DNA from: a virus
DNA length: 64,000 nucleotides
Reading direction: 5' to 3' (one strand)
IMG/VR virus record: IMGVR_UViG_3300037419_001822
Coordinates: 1-64,000 of that record
Below, piece by piece: positions 61,598-64,000 of this stretch. A program made the translations under genes and the position numbers. The notes beneath the pieces are model-generated. The model was not told where the DNA came from, made no database searches, and saw only the letters and a program-made list of their open reading frames with translations. Position 1 is the stretch's first letter; each line of letters begins with the position of its first letter.

Positions 61598-62119
61598 GTG
61601 AGACTGATCGGCCCCCCCACCGCCGCCGCCACCGACGTGCTGGCCCGGCTGTCCGACCCGTCGCTGTTCCGCGACACCCGGTTCCTCGCCGAAATGTTCT
61701 GGCCGCTGTGGAACGCCGCCGTGGACCACACCATCGACCCCGTCGGCGTGGTCGCCCAGAGCTACCACGAGACCGGCGGCGGCAGCTTCACCGGCCGGGT
61801 GCCCGCCTGGTTCCACAACACCTGCGGGCTCAAGGTCACCGACCTGCCCGCCCAGCAGGCCCTGATCGGCACCACCGACGCCGACCACCCGCTGTGCCAC
61901 TCCCAGTTCGCCACCTGGGAGGCCGGGGCCACCGCCCACGTCCAGCACCTGCGGGCCTACGCCGGATGGCCGGTCAGCGGCCGGATCCTCGACCCGCGCT
62001 ACGCCCTGGTCACCGGCAAGCAGTGCGAGACGTTCGAGCAGCTCGGCGGCAACTGGGCCCCGGCCGCCGACTACGGCACCCAGATCGTGGCCCTGGCCAA
62101 CCGTTTGAGGGGACTGTGA
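61598..62119 (+). CDS. Glucosaminidase (GH73-like) peptidoglycan hydrolase
   Basis: IDPVGVVAQSYHETG, HNTCGLK, FATWEAGATAHVQHLRAYA and LGGNWAPAADYG motifs. Confidence 0.8.
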   Translation: MRLIGPPTAAATDVLARLSDPSLFRDTRFLAEMFWPLWNAAVDHTIDPVGVVAQSYHETGGGSFTGRVPAWFHNTCGLKVTDLPAQQALIGTTDADHPLCHSQFATWEAGATAHVQHLRAYAGWPVSGRILDPRYALVTGKQCETFEQLGGNWAPAADYGTQIVALANRLRGL

Positions 62120-64000
62120 TGACCGGCTACATCAAGCTCATCGCCACCGAGATCGCCGTCACCACCAGCGTGCTGCTGGCCCGCTGGCTGGGGGAGAAGC
62201 TCGCCGTCGCGATCGTCAACGCCTTCGACGTCGAGCCCGACCTGTACGACGAGGACGACTGACGCACGCCCGTACTGTCTGAACGGTTCATCCGTTCGGT
62301 GAGTCATACTGACCACGGTGAGGTGATCCTGCATGACCACGAAGAAGCCGCTGCCCTGTGACGGCTCGGCCGAGCAGTGGGCGTTCATCGCGGTGCTCGC
62401 CTGCGGGCTCATCGACGTGATCGAGCTGATGGTGCACCACGGCACCGACTGGCTCACCTACACCGTCGTCGTCGTCTCGCTCGGCCTGCTGTGGCGGCAC
62501 CACCGCACGTTCCACCAGCACCAGCCCGTCGAGGCCCCGGAGCGGGAGAAGATCCGATGACCTGGCCCGTCACTCCTGAGCCCACCTACCGGGTGGAGCA
62601 TCAGGACTGGTGCTACTCCGAGGCCCACGCCCGCTGCTGCAACCTCAACAAGGTCGACATCGAGGACTGCACCTGCGGCGCCGCCGAGGCGCAGGCCGAG
62701 ATCGACTCCCTCGCCGACACCGTCCGGGTGCAACGGCAGGCGCTCGACCGCATCGAGCAGTACGTCACCGACTGCGCCAACACGATCGGCGGTCAGCAGG
62801 TCAAGGCGATGGCCGCGTTCGTGCGCGACATCATCCGGACCGCCCGATGACCGAGGCCCCGCCCCGACCCGACCCCGAGATCGCGGACGTCGTGCCGCTG
62901 CCCGAGCTGTGCGCCACCGGCTGCAGCCACGCCTGGCACGGCATGCGCTGCCACTGCGGCTGCGCCAGCTCCTGGACGCCGTCCGGTGACTGACATGCTC
63001 AAGCCCGACCCCGCCGTGCTCGCCTGGATCGAGGAGTGCTACGACAAGGGCGAGCCGCCCAAGGCGATGTGGCAGCGGCCGTCCTACGCCCAGCTCCCCA
63101 ACTGCAACTGGTGCATCCACCGCGAGCACGACTTCCAGTGCGTCGACTGCGAATGCATGTGCAACAGCTCCCACCAGCGGCTCGATGACACCTGGCGGCC
63201 CACCAACCAGTACACGCAGGCCTGGCAGATCGCCAAGGCCATGGATGTCCTCGGCTGCGACGGCTGGGTCGCCCGGTTCATCCACGGCGTCGGCATCCAG
63301 CTCAAGCCCTACGGCCGCAAGTCCGACATCAAGAAAGTCCTCTACGGGGAGGCGTCATGACCACCCACCGGCCCGGCATCTTCCAGATCGGCCGGGTCAC
63401 CGACGACGGCGCCACGGTGACCATCTCCGGCTGGGGTGTCGGCCTGTGCGCGGCCAAGTGCACCTGCCACCGCGACCCCGCCTTCCCCAACCACGGCCTC
63501 CGGCTGCACGAGGGTGATGACGGCAGCCTCGGCCTGGCCAAGCACCGCACCTGCGACTGCTGCGAGCCCTGGCAGGCCGAGGAGCTGATGGCCGTCGTCG
63601 CCGACCTGGCCGAGATCCAGGCCGCCCCGGAGGTGTCCCGATGACCAGCACGATCGGCTCGATCCTCGGCGTCCCGGTGATCGAGTCCCGCTACCTGCCG
63701 CCCGGCGTGAGTCTGCTGCTGGCCCACAACCGGGCCGTCACCGCCGACCCGCAGGCGCTGCGGAACCGGATCGAGCTGCGCAACTGGCTGGCCGACCGGG
63801 TCGCCGAGATCGAGCGGAGGTGGTTCGGGTGACCGGCTGCACCTGTCACCGCTGCCAGGACCACCGTGATCGTCAGCTCAACAGCGAGGCGTGGCGCGCC
63901 CTGAACGCGGCCACCCGGAGGTAGTTCGTGCAGGGATCCCCGGCCCACTACTGGGCCCGGTGCGCCAACTACGACGAGCTGCGGCTGCGGCCCTGCCCGG

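Overview
This window is a 64-kb segment of a high-GC temperate actinobacteriophage. WhiB and SsgA homologues suggest a sporulating or filamentous actinomycete host. The layout is: (1) 1-4.8 kb, the end of a structural/tail region (FN3-type protein, a protein with ~28 AD(T/D)LGLTD repeats, a papain-like C1 peptidase, a terminator); (2) 4.8-6.7 kb, accessory genes (DUF732-like membrane protein, neutral-ceramidase-like hydrolase); (3) 6.7-10.5 kb, a leftward RNA module of four tandem Y-RNA-like genes followed by translationally coupled Ro60/TROVE, HNH, small membrane protein and Pol-beta (RlaP-like) nucleotidyltransferase genes; (4) 10.6-22.8 kb, leftward small genes behind repeated near-identical promoters; (5) 22.9-64 kb, mostly rightward early/middle genes, including a tRNA(CAU)-derived attP core, tyrosine integrase, repressor/excisionase switch, DEDD exonuclease, YqaJ/RecT, resolvase, WhiB, MazG-like, SsgA, SLOG, replication initiator with iterons, DnaB-like helicase and a GH73-like hydrolase. 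The most striking observation is that each of the four Y-RNA-like units carries, just after a conserved CCGGUU motif, a different 7-nt sequence fitting the tRNA anticodon-loop consensus YU-NNN-RA (UGG/Pro, GCU/Ser, CCG/Arg, GUC/Asp). This suggests a Ro60-scaffolded anticodon-loop display array acting as decoy, sensor or repair tether. All family assignments come from motif recognition by eye; no searches were run. Many small hypothetical ORFs are not listed individually.
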